A DNA stretch of 63,179 bases from an uncultured bacterium (GTDB lineage Bacteria > Oederibacteriota > JAAXVQ01 > JAUVAV01), in assembly GCA_965371665.1 (NCBI GenBank), contig CBDUZI010000003.1:1-63179 (forward strand), written 5' to 3'. The notes beneath the pieces were generated by a model that worked only from the letters and a program-made list of their open reading frames with translations, searched no databases and was not told where the DNA came from. Below are positions 8,977-18,077 of this stretch, piece after piece. The position numbers were made by a program, and so were the translations under genes. Within the stretch, counting starts at the first letter, position 1; the number at the start of each line of letters is the position of its first letter.

Positions 8977-9058
8977 GTCATTCCGAGGAAGCGAAGCGAC
9001 CGAGGAATCTCCTTGAAAACTAGGGATTTTAGAGATTCCTCGCTGCGCTCGGAATGAC
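8977..9058. repeat. Family-1 palindromic element (GTCATTCCGAGG...CTCGGAATGAC)
   Basis: About 35-bp imperfect arms: 'gtcattccgaggaagcgaagcgaccgaggaatctc' and 'gagattcctcgctgcgctcggaatgac'. Confidence 0.8.
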
Positions 9059-9147
9059 AAAGTGTGAGAATTCCGTTAAAAATACTCTTCCCGCAACATG
9101 AGCTAATTGGGCATGGGTCAAAATCATCTTTAAAAGGAGAAATTAAA

Positions 9148-10002
9148 ATGAAAAAAAGCCTAAGCATTATAATATTATCTGCATTTTGTTGTATCCTGGC
9201 CGCATCAGCGCTGGCTACAGTCCCAAAGTTAATCAATTATTCCGGTAAACTAACGGATAAAGCTGGGAACGTCTTGCCTGACAAAGCTTATGACATACGT
9301 TTCTCCTTATGGACCGCGCAGACCGGCGGAACTGAGGATTGGTGGGAGGAACATTACATAACGCAAGTAAGAGGCGTCCAGACATACGGAGGCGGATTCA
9401 ATGTGGTTCTAGGCGGCACGAGACCTTTCCCGGTTTTTGATCAAAATTATTGGCTGCAATTAACCGTAACCATAAACAGCACGCCTGAGACCTTTTCCCG
9501 GCAGGAACTTATTACTGTGCCCTATGCAATGCGCGCGGAGTGGGCGAATGAAGCAAAAACTGTTGAAGATAATGCCATTACTCATGCTAAAATAGCTCCC
9601 GGCGCTGATCTGCCTATTGGTTCGATAATAGCTTGGCATAAAAATCTGGGCGGTGTCCCTAGCCTGCCTCCTCAATATGTCGAGTGTAATGGCCAAGCCT
9701 TAAATGATCCCTCAAGTCTTTTAAATGGTCAAATTATACCTAATTTGAATGGAGAAGGTAGATTTTTAAGGGGTAGTAATGTTGCCGGAACCATGCAAGC
9801 GGATGAATTGAAAAGTCATAATCATCAAGTTATCTCAAGTTGGCCTTCTGCTACTTGTACAGAATGGCATGTTGTCGCTGATTGGATGGATCCTGGAGAA
9901 GGTGTGACTTGGGAGAACTGGGGGCCCTCATTAACGCATACTGGCGGGTCTGAAACACGCCCTATTAATATGAGTGTAGTTTGGATCATGAAGATAAAGT
10001 GA
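9148..10002 (+). CDS. Secreted protein with phage tail-fibre/collar-like C-terminal domain
   Basis: Start moved to ATG 9148 (AAGGAG upstream; MKKSLSIIILSAFCCILAASALA looks like a signal peptide). C-terminal 'GSIIAWHK...PNLNGEGRFLRGSN...ELKSHNHQV...HTGGSETRPINMSVVWIMKI' follows the tail-collar pattern (G-I-x-W ... PDLRGRF ... HxH ... ETRPxN). Confidence 0.5.
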   Translation: MKKSLSIIILSAFCCILAASALATVPKLINYSGKLTDKAGNVLPDKAYDIRFSLWTAQTGGTEDWWEEHYITQVRGVQTYGGGFNVVLGGTRPFPVFDQNYWLQLTVTINSTPETFSRQELITVPYAMRAEWANEAKTVEDNAITHAKIAPGADLPIGSIIAWHKNLGGVPSLPPQYVECNGQALNDPSSLLNGQIIPNLNGEGRFLRGSNVAGTMQADELKSHNHQVISSWPSATCTEWHVVADWMDPGEGVTWENWGPSLTHTGGSETRPINMSVVWIMKIK

Positions 10003-10052
10003 TTCTTCTTTAATTTAAGACATTTTTTAAATGTGGAGATTAGTATTTAACC

Positions 10053-10682
10053 ATGGTTAATATACCAATACGGCATAAGTTTCTTCTGAAACAATTAATC
10101 AAAGCACAGGAAATATATTTCCCCAATAAAGCTATTAAGGCATTAGATATTGGAGCGTCTAATGGGAGTTTTATTACATTAGCAAGTAAACGCATTTGTA
10201 ACTTAGAAAGAATTGACGGCGTAGAAACAGATTCAACTTATGCTGATTATATTTCATCAATGGGCCATTTATTTATCCAAGACCTTCAGATTGACACCGG
10301 AAATATTCCATTGCATACATATAATATTATCACTATGTGGGAAATTATTGAGCATATTGAAAATATCTACGTTTTTTTAAGGAACGTTAAAAACCTCCTT
10401 GCTAAAGATTCAATTATTACAATTGCTACGCCCAACACAATGAGTTTCAGTAGACTATTTAAGGGTAATAACTGGATAGGAACGAGGGATAGAAGTCACA
10501 GAATCTTATATGATAAATTAACCTTGAAAATGCTGCTGGAAAACTCAGGATATTCCATTTTAAAGATATGCAATTATTTTTTCCCTAACAGATTACCGGA
10601 AGCATTTTCAGTGCTAAATAATATCACGTCACCTTTTCCAGGCGGAGGAATGCTGTTTGCTATTGCTAAGATAAAGCAGTAA
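10053..10682 (+). CDS. Class I SAM-dependent methyltransferase
   Basis: Motif I-like 'ALDIGASNGSF', 'ITMWEIIEHIEN', and 'SIITIATPN' post-motif. Confidence 0.7.
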   Translation: MVNIPIRHKFLLKQLIKAQEIYFPNKAIKALDIGASNGSFITLASKRICNLERIDGVETDSTYADYISSMGHLFIQDLQIDTGNIPLHTYNIITMWEIIEHIENIYVFLRNVKNLLAKDSIITIATPNTMSFSRLFKGNNWIGTRDRSHRILYDKLTLKMLLENSGYSILKICNYFFPNRLPEAFSVLNNITSPFPGGGMLFAIAKIKQ

Positions 10683-10721
10683 TCGGATTTCGTTTTTAAA
10701 TATATTTTTTCTTGACATAGC

Positions 10722-10811
10722 CCAGGAGCCTGAGCAATTAGTCGCTGGATTCCCGATACGATCATTCGGGAATGACAACCTAAAAAACAGACTAATTACT
10801 CAGGCTCCTAG
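10722..10811. repeat. Family-1 MITE-like element with 19-bp terminal inverted repeats
   Basis: TIRs 'aggagcctgagcaattagt' (10724-10742) and 'actaattactcaggctcct' (10791-10809) have 1 mismatch. Inner hairpin 'ggattcccga...tcgggaatgac'. Confidence 0.75.
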
Positions 10812-10860
10812 CAAGAATTGATAGCAAGCTTACTGATAATAATTTTAAATCCTGCAAAGG

Positions 10861-12399
10861 TTGAGGATTTTTATTTTGATATATTACTCTAAACTCCATA
10901 CACTCGGCCTAATTTCTATTTTTGCCTCCATCCTACTACTTGCCCTCCTGCATATGCTGCAATCCACAACAATTTGGGATGATGCATTTATTACCCTTCG
11001 GGTTGCAAACAACTGGGCTCAAACCGGCATTCCGGTTTATAATTTAGGTCAGACGGAATGGATTCCTACTAACTTTTTATGGGTGGCATTACTTGCCGGC
11101 CTTAACAAACTAACGCTAATCAATCTACCTCTGCTAAGTCAAATCACTGGAGGAATATGTGGAATAGGTATTATTATTTTATTATTAACAATTCCGTTTA
11201 AAGAAAACACCCGGACAGTAAATATTTTTGCAGCAATCTTATGCAGTTTATCGGCTCTTTGGGCAGCCTGGCCATTATCCGGCTTGGAAACCAGTTTGTT
11301 TTCTTTGTTGATAACAGCCGGGGTATTATTAATTATTATTTATTTTGATAAACCCAAAAAGGAAACATTAATCGCTTCCGCCATCTTGTTAGGCATGGCC
11401 TCACTAACTAGACCAGAAGGTATAGTATTTTTTATTATTTGCTCTTTTTTTATCCTTTTATATAAAAGAAAATGGCATTATCCAGGTTGGTTTGCATTGG
11501 TATTTGGAGCAATAATTTCATCTGGGATCCTGTATTTATTGCTGACTTTTAAAACTATACTGCCCACTTCCTATTTTGTAAAAATCCATGGACTCCAGAA
11601 TATTGCTCCTGGCATGGCATATCTGAAATCCTTATCCCAAATTTATAATCTTATCTGGGTTATGCCCATTTTTATTTTTCCTTTTCTTTTAAAAAACGAA
11701 AGGAAAAAAACCCTTTTTTTAACAATGATTCTATGCGGATGGTTTGCTTGCATTGGTATCATTGGCGGTGATTTCATGCCTTATCACCGTTTTATATCTC
11801 CAGTCTGGCCGCTGCTCTGCTTTTATATAGCTTTTAGTCTTGGTTCTTTAATGGATTACTGGCAAAAAAAACAGCCAACTTATGAATTATTGTTCAAACT
11901 TGGTATTTATGTTATATTGGGTCTCATTTCTTTGAACTTTATACTTCCTACTTTCCATGGTAAAGATCACACTCGGGTTCAATCCTGGAGCCGCGAAGAA
12001 GCTGACAGGACCGCCATCGGCAAATGGTTTAGAGGCCGTTATGAACACACGGACTGGGTAGCTGTTAAACCTGCAGGCATCATACCTTTTTATTCGAACA
12101 TGAATGCCCTGGATTTTTATTGTCTTTCTTCCCGTCAGGCTGCTCAGACCGGCCAATTTGTGCCGCAACATTGGGTGGGACATCAAAAAGTGAATGTGGA
12201 TTGGGTGCTTAAGCAGCGTCCGCGCATTGTCATCCTGGACGAGCATTTATATTCCTTCGAAAATCTTCCAGAACCTGATCAGGGAGAAGGTATTATTGAA
12301 CGAGAATGGCGAAAAAGCCCGCTACGACAGAATTATAAATCTTTTCAGATTGAATTACAGGCTAACAGATGGCTTCAATATTTTGAACGAATTGATTAG
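10861..12399 (+). CDS. Polytopic membrane protein, GT-C-type glycosyltransferase-like
   Basis: About 10 or more hydrophobic spans followed by a soluble C-terminal domain. N-terminal 'WDDAFITLRVANNW' loop resembles GT-C (arabinosyl/mannosyl-transferase-like) first-loop acidic motifs. The TTG start is uncertain. Confidence 0.45.
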   Translation: MRIFILIYYSKLHTLGLISIFASILLLALLHMLQSTTIWDDAFITLRVANNWAQTGIPVYNLGQTEWIPTNFLWVALLAGLNKLTLINLPLLSQITGGICGIGIIILLLTIPFKENTRTVNIFAAILCSLSALWAAWPLSGLETSLFSLLITAGVLLIIIYFDKPKKETLIASAILLGMASLTRPEGIVFFIICSFFILLYKRKWHYPGWFALVFGAIISSGILYLLLTFKTILPTSYFVKIHGLQNIAPGMAYLKSLSQIYNLIWVMPIFIFPFLLKNERKKTLFLTMILCGWFACIGIIGGDFMPYHRFISPVWPLLCFYIAFSLGSLMDYWQKKQPTYELLFKLGIYVILGLISLNFILPTFHGKDHTRVQSWSREEADRTAIGKWFRGRYEHTDWVAVKPAGIIPFYSNMNALDFYCLSSRQAAQTGQFVPQHWVGHQKVNVDWVLKQRPRIVILDEHLYSFENLPEPDQGEGIIEREWRKSPLRQNYKSFQIELQANRWLQYFERID

Positions 12400-12456
12400 C
12401 CAATAGTATAGAGATAATCATTTTCCGTTTTATTTTTTAAAAGGAGCAAAAAGTTT

Positions 12457-13977
12457 ATGAATGTTTTTAAAATTAATTTTGATCGTGTAAAGCGCATCAT
12501 TTTTACAGATGTTCGATTTTCATTATTGTCTATATTTATTCTTTCTTTAGGAGGAATATTACGTTTTTGGCATCTGAATCGCCAAAGTTTATGGCAGGAT
12601 GAAATACATACCGCCATCTATGTCAATGATCATCCTTCTCTATGGGAAGTAATTCATCGCGTAGCCACCTGGGATTTGCATTCCCCCTTGTTTTATGTCT
12701 TGCTCCGGGTCCAAGTATGGTTCCAGCAGTTGGTTAGTATTCCTTTAACCGACGGCAATCTCCGAATCATCTCCGCTTTATTAGGCTTTTTAGCCCTGCC
12801 CGTTCTATATTTTTTATTCCGAAGAGTATTCAATCATAAATTTTACGCCTTATCAGCTGTTTTCCTGGCGGTTATAAATATTTACGGTATTTATTATTCG
12901 CAAGAACTGCGTATGTATTCCTTAATTTTATTATTATCTCCCTCACTGCTTTACTTCGGTTTAAACCTTTGGGACAATGATAATAAACTAAACCTCGGCG
13001 CTGCTATGGGATATGTCACATGTAGTGTAATGCTTATTTATTCAAGTCTGGTTACTTTATTTTTTGTATTTGGTGTATGGCTAAGTGTTTTGGTAATAAG
13101 TGTTTTCCAAAGAAAAAACCATCCCCAGCAAATAACCGAGGTTATTAAGCTTGGTTTTATGATCTTCATCTGCTATCTGCCCTGGTTAGGTGTGATGTGG
13201 AAACAAAGCATGACACTAAAGGAGGGCGTTGGAACCGGGCTGGTTATTACTCACCCTCGCGAGTTATTTAAATTCGCTTTTGAGAAATTACTTTTCCATG
13301 ACTGGAAACTGGATATAAATTATGGCATCATTAATAAAATTGTCCGTAATTTAATCCCCTTCTCATTATTGAATCTTCTCGATCGCAAAAACCGCCAGAA
13401 ACACTTGCTGATCATTTCCAGTTTTTGCTTCGCGTTTATCTTGTATTATGTGATTATTTTTAACCGGGATTTTCAATGTTCCCGTTACTTTGCCCCCTGG
13501 TGGCCCTACGCTATATATTTCATTGTGGCGGGTTTTTCAGGTATAATTTACTGCTTAAATAAAATTAACCCTCGCCTGAAGTTAGCCGGTATTATTTTCA
13601 TGGCTCTATTTATGGGTTACTATACTTTTGTCCAGTCAAAACAAATACATTACTACTTTTCACAGTATGAAAAAGAGAATTGGCGGGGACTGGTTGAATA
13701 TCTAAATATCCACAAAAAAGCAGGGGATGTTTTGGTCACCGGCGGAGACTGGCATAAAACTAATTTAACCTATTATGGCGTTACTTTACCCTTTGTATAT
13801 ACCCATGATCTTAAAAATGATAAATATACCGCTAATTTCAAACGCTATATTTATATTGAGGTGAAAAATCCACAATATGATACAAAATTAAGACTTCCCC
13901 AAAATTTTAAAAAAGTCCCCTGGCCTATACATTGTAAAAATTATTATATCTGGGAGCCGGAAAGTAAATCGCATTAA
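12457..13977 (+). CDS. Glycosyltransferase family 39 (ArnT/PMT-like) membrane protein
   Basis: AAGGAG RBS ~10 nt upstream. 'SLWQDEIHTA' first-loop motif typical of GT39/ArnT-like proteins. Many TM spans plus a C-terminal soluble part. Confidence 0.55.
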   Translation: MNVFKINFDRVKRIIFTDVRFSLLSIFILSLGGILRFWHLNRQSLWQDEIHTAIYVNDHPSLWEVIHRVATWDLHSPLFYVLLRVQVWFQQLVSIPLTDGNLRIISALLGFLALPVLYFLFRRVFNHKFYALSAVFLAVINIYGIYYSQELRMYSLILLLSPSLLYFGLNLWDNDNKLNLGAAMGYVTCSVMLIYSSLVTLFFVFGVWLSVLVISVFQRKNHPQQITEVIKLGFMIFICYLPWLGVMWKQSMTLKEGVGTGLVITHPRELFKFAFEKLLFHDWKLDINYGIINKIVRNLIPFSLLNLLDRKNRQKHLLIISSFCFAFILYYVIIFNRDFQCSRYFAPWWPYAIYFIVAGFSGIIYCLNKINPRLKLAGIIFMALFMGYYTFVQSKQIHYYFSQYEKENWRGLVEYLNIHKKAGDVLVTGGDWHKTNLTYYGVTLPFVYTHDLKNDKYTANFKRYIYIEVKNPQYDTKLRLPQNFKKVPWPIHCKNYYIWEPESKSH

Positions 13978-14028
13978 ACGGCCGACGCGCTATGTTGACG
14001 ATGGCAACCGCAGCCCTGCGCCGAAAGG

Positions 14029-15498
14029 ATGAACATGCTGTTTTTAAAAATATCAACTATTGTTTTTTTATCTGCCGCGGGCTATTTTATAGATAAAAAA
14101 TGGCCCAATATAAAGCATACCATCTCCGGCAAAATCAACTGGAACCTGGCCGCTTTTTCTTTAATGGCCGTTTATTTTATCTTTTATCTCATCTTGAAAA
14201 TCACCCAGCATTATTCTTTTCATACCAATGCCTTTGATCTATCCATCTTTGACTACGCCGTGGCGAATACTCTGCGCGGCAAATTTCTTCATGTTCCCTT
14301 TTTAAACGGCTCGTTTTTAAAGGAGCATTTTAGCCCGATTCTGCTTTTACTCACGCCGTTGTATATGCTTAAAAAATCACCGATTAATCTGCTGGTGCTC
14401 CAATGCCTGGCCGTGGCCGGTGCGGCCTGGCCGTTATTCTTGTTGGCCAAAAAGCAACTGGCAAATAAAGCCTTGGCCCTGGTTATTGTTTTTGCATATT
14501 TAAATAACTGGTATCTTGTTCATGGATTGCTCTATGATTTTCATGTGGAAATGTTCGAACCATTGCTGATCATATTAATGGTTTGGGGATATTTGGAAAG
14601 AAAATATCCAATTTACTGGACTTCCCTGCTGCTGGCGCTTATGTGCAAAGAAGATGTAGGCATTTATCTCTTTTTCTTCGGTCTATTTGTATTAATTAAA
14701 GAAAAACGATTCAAGTTAGGTTTAATCACTTCCGCAGCATCGCTGTTATGGGTTTTAACTGCTTTAATAATCATAGCATTTATGAATAATGGCGCTGCTG
14801 CTTTCTCAGGCTATAAATTTTTAACCAATTGGATTCCCCCAGATACCAGTCTGTCGGAATATTTTTTCCATTGGGTTTCTCATCCTCATGAAGCCGCAAG
14901 TATCTTTTTGAATATGCGAGTCTGGCAACTGATTTATCCTCTGGCTTTTCTTCCGCTGTTTTCCTGGTGGGGCATTCTGCTCCTGGCGCCAATTGGATTG
15001 AATGCCGCCAGCGCCAATTCGCTGCAAGCTGGTTTTATGCTGTATTATTCCGCGCCCATAATTCCTTTTTTATTTGTGGGAATTATCTTCGGTCTGAAAA
15101 ACTTAATCCAACACAATACTAACAAATTCTGGATTTTGCTTGGTTTATGCCTCTATTTAGCAATCTTCAATGTACACCGCTATTCTCAGGATAGTATCGA
15201 GGCCCGGCATAAGACCGGGAGCGCAATGCTGCAGAGTATCCCGGAAAACGTCCCACTGGCTGCTCAAGGCAGCCTGGTGCCGCATATTTCCCATCGCGAG
15301 CACATTCACATTTTACCCAGGATGGAAGCCAGCGATGAATATATTGCTTTAGACCTGGCTGGCAACCATTTTCCCATGACCAGGAAAGAGCTTTTAGATA
15401 TTTATAAATCCATTAAAAACAATCCGAAATATCAGGAAATCTTTAACCAAGATGATTTTATACTATTTCAGAAATCAAGAAAGAATGACACCATTTAA
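14029..15498 (+). CDS. DUF2079-like polytopic membrane protein (GT-C-like)
   Basis: 'FHTNAFDLSIFDYAVANTLRGKFLH' matches the conserved N-terminal loop I recall for DUF2079. Polytopic. Confidence 0.55.
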   Translation: MNMLFLKISTIVFLSAAGYFIDKKWPNIKHTISGKINWNLAAFSLMAVYFIFYLILKITQHYSFHTNAFDLSIFDYAVANTLRGKFLHVPFLNGSFLKEHFSPILLLLTPLYMLKKSPINLLVLQCLAVAGAAWPLFLLAKKQLANKALALVIVFAYLNNWYLVHGLLYDFHVEMFEPLLIILMVWGYLERKYPIYWTSLLLALMCKEDVGIYLFFFGLFVLIKEKRFKLGLITSAASLLWVLTALIIIAFMNNGAAAFSGYKFLTNWIPPDTSLSEYFFHWVSHPHEAASIFLNMRVWQLIYPLAFLPLFSWWGILLLAPIGLNAASANSLQAGFMLYYSAPIIPFLFVGIIFGLKNLIQHNTNKFWILLGLCLYLAIFNVHRYSQDSIEARHKTGSAMLQSIPENVPLAAQGSLVPHISHREHIHILPRMEASDEYIALDLAGNHFPMTRKELLDIYKSIKNNPKYQEIFNQDDFILFQKSRKNDTI

Positions 15499-15632
15499 AT
15501 TCAGCTCCTCATTGCCATTGACTCACTGAACAAGATTTTGCTATACTTCCCTGAAATCGCCTTGCTCTTTGCGGCAAACTCAGCTACATTTTATGGCAAG
15601 TGGAATATACTAGTTCTAAAGGATGTAACTTT

Positions 15633-15980
15633 ATGGAAATTATTCAGGCTAAAATAACCAAAACCGAGCTCATGAAAAAACATATGAATTTTTTCCAATC
15701 CATGACCAAGGCAGTTGTGGATGTGGAAAAAGGAATCATGGCGCTTGACGCCGACTTGCATGCAGACCTGGAGGCCTTGCTATTGGACCAAGGCTCGCGT
15801 CAGGAATATTTGTGGGGAATCAACCTGCATCCTTTAAAGGACCAAAATGATTTCGTCGAATATACCGCTCTGATAAATATTCGCCCCTGGCAGGAAAATG
15901 CTTCAATGGAAATAGCCAATCCGGAGATCAAGCAACGCGTTAACCATATTGTGGAAGCACTGATGGACTATGCAGCTTAA
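15633..15980 (+). CDS. Hypothetical small protein (possibly DUF5674-like)
   Basis: Start moved to ATG 15633 (AAGGA upstream). 'AVVDVEKGIMALDADLHADLEALLLDQGSRQEYLWGINLHP...INIRPWQ' resembles a family common in uncultivated lineages, from memory only. Confidence 0.4.
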   Translation: MEIIQAKITKTELMKKHMNFFQSMTKAVVDVEKGIMALDADLHADLEALLLDQGSRQEYLWGINLHPLKDQNDFVEYTALINIRPWQENASMEIANPEIKQRVNHIVEALMDYAA

Positions 15981-16317
15981 AGAACACAAAACATTGACCA
16001 CGGATAAGTGGCGCCGGTTTCCGCTCGCTAAACAAATTCTCATGATTAGCAACGAACTTAACCGGGCTCAACATTGGATAGGACGGCAAGATACTTCTGA
16101 GGTCAATCATTGTTATGAAAGAGCCCTCGAACTTCTCTACCTGACCATTGCAGTGGCTGATAAATTCACACTCCGGAAGGAGCTTTTGCGCATGCGTGAC
16201 CAACTCGCGCTGCAGTACATCAATTCAAAGAAAAACGCCCGCGCCAATCAAGCCCTTTTCCGGATTCTTTTAACGCTGGACAAGGATAGCTATAATCTAT
16301 TAAAATACTCTTCCTAA
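15970..16317 (+). CDS. Hypothetical small helical protein
   Basis: ORF overlaps the upstream gene by 11 nt, suggesting translational coupling. No motif recognised. Confidence 0.4.
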   Translation: MQLKEHKTLTTDKWRRFPLAKQILMISNELNRAQHWIGRQDTSEVNHCYERALELLYLTIAVADKFTLRKELLRMRDQLALQYINSKKNARANQALFRILLTLDKDSYNLLKYSS

Positions 16318-16437
16318 AAGAGGTTGGGTAATTATATAGACAAACCGCTATCTTCTGATATTTTCCGGCGGATGACTGGCAGTAATTTATTTTTCCGGGC
16401 TGGTAAATCAGGCAATTAAAATCAGGTGAGTATTGCC

Positions 16438-16689
16438 ATGCCGCTTATTTCATTAAAAAAATTCAGTGTTGACGATCTCATTGATCTGATAGTCACTTTA
16501 ACGGTTTGTTTTGGAATTTTTGTAACTTTGATCGTGATTAACTTGATAATTTTTATCAATCCGGCTGCCGCCTCCCAACTTATCGGAACTGTCAGCGCAC
16601 AAAAAGGGGTAGGCGTTGGCGCTATATTATTTACTTCCTACCTTATATTGCGCTTAGTCTACCGCAGGAGAAAAAAAAATGCCGAATGA
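16438..16689 (+). CDS. Small membrane protein (2 hydrophobic spans, basic tail RRRKKN)
   Basis: ATG 16438 with AGGTGA ~8 nt upstream. Spans are LIDLIVTLTVCFGIFVTLIVINLIIFI and GVGVGAILFTSYLILRLV. Confidence 0.5.
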   Translation: MPLISLKKFSVDDLIDLIVTLTVCFGIFVTLIVINLIIFINPAAASQLIGTVSAQKGVGVGAILFTSYLILRLVYRRRKKNAE

Positions 16690-17221
16690 ACCTCTGGCCT
16701 ACCAGTCTAAATTCAAATATCTTTTAATGTTTCAAATAGTCCTGTTGCTTACGGCTTTGTCCGCCTTTGTTTATATTAGTTCCAAAGTGTCCAGTGAACT
16801 TAAGGCTTATAAAACCCTGAAAGAAACCCGCGACCAGGCTGAACAGGAATACCGGGCCTTAAGGTCTAATATTGAAAAATTCCATTCCTTAAAAATAACC
16901 TCTGCAAATGAGGTCTATGAAGTGAAAGCCACGGCCCGAGCCACTGGCGCTAAAACCCCGCAGGGATATCCCGTATACAAATTTTCCATGTATATTAATT
17001 CTCCTCCTGAACTATTGCATAGCATAACCAAAGTCACTTATGAATTCAATCATCCGACCTTTTCGAAGCCGCTGCATGAAGTAACCGATGCCCGCTCTAA
17101 ATTTGCCACCTTTTATACCGGATGGGGTTGCCTGAATTCGGTGCTAGTAAAAGTCTATCTTAGTGATAACACTTTACAAACCATAGATTTTAATATGTGC
17201 AAAAATATAGGCTGGGAATAA
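16679..17221 (+). CDS. Membrane-anchored coiled-coil protein with C-terminal prokaryotic-YEATS (pYEATS)-like domain
   Basis: AGGAG RBS. N-terminal TM LLMFQIVLLLTALSAFVYI, then a helical 'KAYKTLKETRDQAEQEYRALRSNIEKF' segment. C-terminal 'ITKVTYEFNHPTFSKP...SKFATFYTGWGCLNSVLVKVYLSDN' fits the pYEATS signature (V-x-Y-x-LHPTF ... GWG-x-F). Confidence 0.5.
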   Translation: MPNEPLAYQSKFKYLLMFQIVLLLTALSAFVYISSKVSSELKAYKTLKETRDQAEQEYRALRSNIEKFHSLKITSANEVYEVKATARATGAKTPQGYPVYKFSMYINSPPELLHSITKVTYEFNHPTFSKPLHEVTDARSKFATFYTGWGCLNSVLVKVYLSDNTLQTIDFNMCKNIGWE

Positions 17222-17275
17222 CCAGACAACTCAGCGAGTTTTACCTGCCAGTTCGCATCCACCCGCAGATTCGCT

Positions 17276-18022
17276 TTATCCTTTATTTCCTCCTGCCATT
17301 ATCCTTTCAGCCCGTCTCAGATCCTGGGGAGTATCTATGGAAAGCAGGGGTTTGGACACCCGCACGACGTGTATGGTTATTCCGTGCTCCAGGACCCGCA
17401 ATTGCTCCAATTCTTCGGTCTTTTCCAGGGGGGTGCGCGCTAGACCGGCGAAGCGCAGAAGGAAATCACGGCGGTAGGCATAAAGTCCGAGATGCAGCAT
17501 CTCCTGGGCAGGATGTTTGGTTTTTTTGCCGGAACGCGGATACGGAATCAAGGCACGGGAAAAATAAAGCGCGCTTCCGTCCCGGCTGCAGACCACCTTA
17601 ACCGCATTGGGCTCTTGCCTATCCCCGACCGGCAAAGGAGCAGCCAGAGTCGCCATCTGCAGGCCGGGTTCCCTGTCAAAAGGCTCTGCCAGTTTATCAA
17701 TATAGGCCGGAGGAATAAAAGGTTCATCTCCCTGGATATTGACAACTATATCGCAGGGAATGCGCGCCACGGCCTTAGCCAGCCGATCCGTGCCGGAAGC
17801 ACAGTTGCGCGGCGTCATGACCGCCTCTCCGCCGAATCCCTGAACGGCTTTGAATATTCGCGAATCATCGGTTGCCACCAATAGCCGGGAAAGGCTCCGG
17901 GCTTTGCGGGCCCGGCGCCAGACCTGCTCAATCAGGTAGTGTCCGCCCAGCTGTGCCAATGGTTTGCCCGGTAAGCGGGTTGATCCCCACCGGGCAGGTA
18001 TTATTCCGATTATATTCGGCAT
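17276..18022 (-). CDS. kdsB: 3-deoxy-manno-octulosonate cytidylyltransferase (CMP-KDO synthetase)
   Basis: 'IIGIIPARWGSTRLPGKPL', 'NIQGDEPF', and typical length of 248 aa. Confidence 0.9.
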   Translation of the reverse strand: MPNIIGIIPARWGSTRLPGKPLAQLGGHYLIEQVWRRARKARSLSRLLVATDDSRIFKAVQGFGGEAVMTPRNCASGTDRLAKAVARIPCDIVVNIQGDEPFIPPAYIDKLAEPFDREPGLQMATLAAPLPVGDRQEPNAVKVVCSRDGSALYFSRALIPYPRSGKKTKHPAQEMLHLGLYAYRRDFLLRFAGLARTPLEKTEELEQLRVLEHGITIHVVRVSKPLLSIDTPQDLRRAERIMAGGNKG

Positions 18023-18077
18023 AGGAATAAACCAACCTCCTGAATAGTTTCATTCCGTAAAGTAATGGGTTGAATAT

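Noticed and set aside
8967-9236. An 89-aa minus-strand ORF, with similar ORFs at 23711-23923, 24017-24376, 58789-59142, 32353-32649 and 39594-39794.
   Set aside because: These are read-through translations of the palindromic repeat elements (peptides such as 'CHSERSEES', 'GRHSGESRNPE'). They have no RBS and overlap better-supported features.
9148-10002. The tail-collar-like protein as evidence of a prophage or tailocin.
   Set aside because: No capsid, terminase, portal, baseplate, sheath, integrase or lysis gene is nearby. The protein has a Sec-type signal peptide, and the flanking genes are glycosyltransferase-like.
17197-17884. Plus-strand ORFs 17197-17601 and 17492-17884.
   Set aside because: They are antisense to the clearly recognisable kdsB. 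Their composition (R/G/P-rich) is typical of shadow ORFs.
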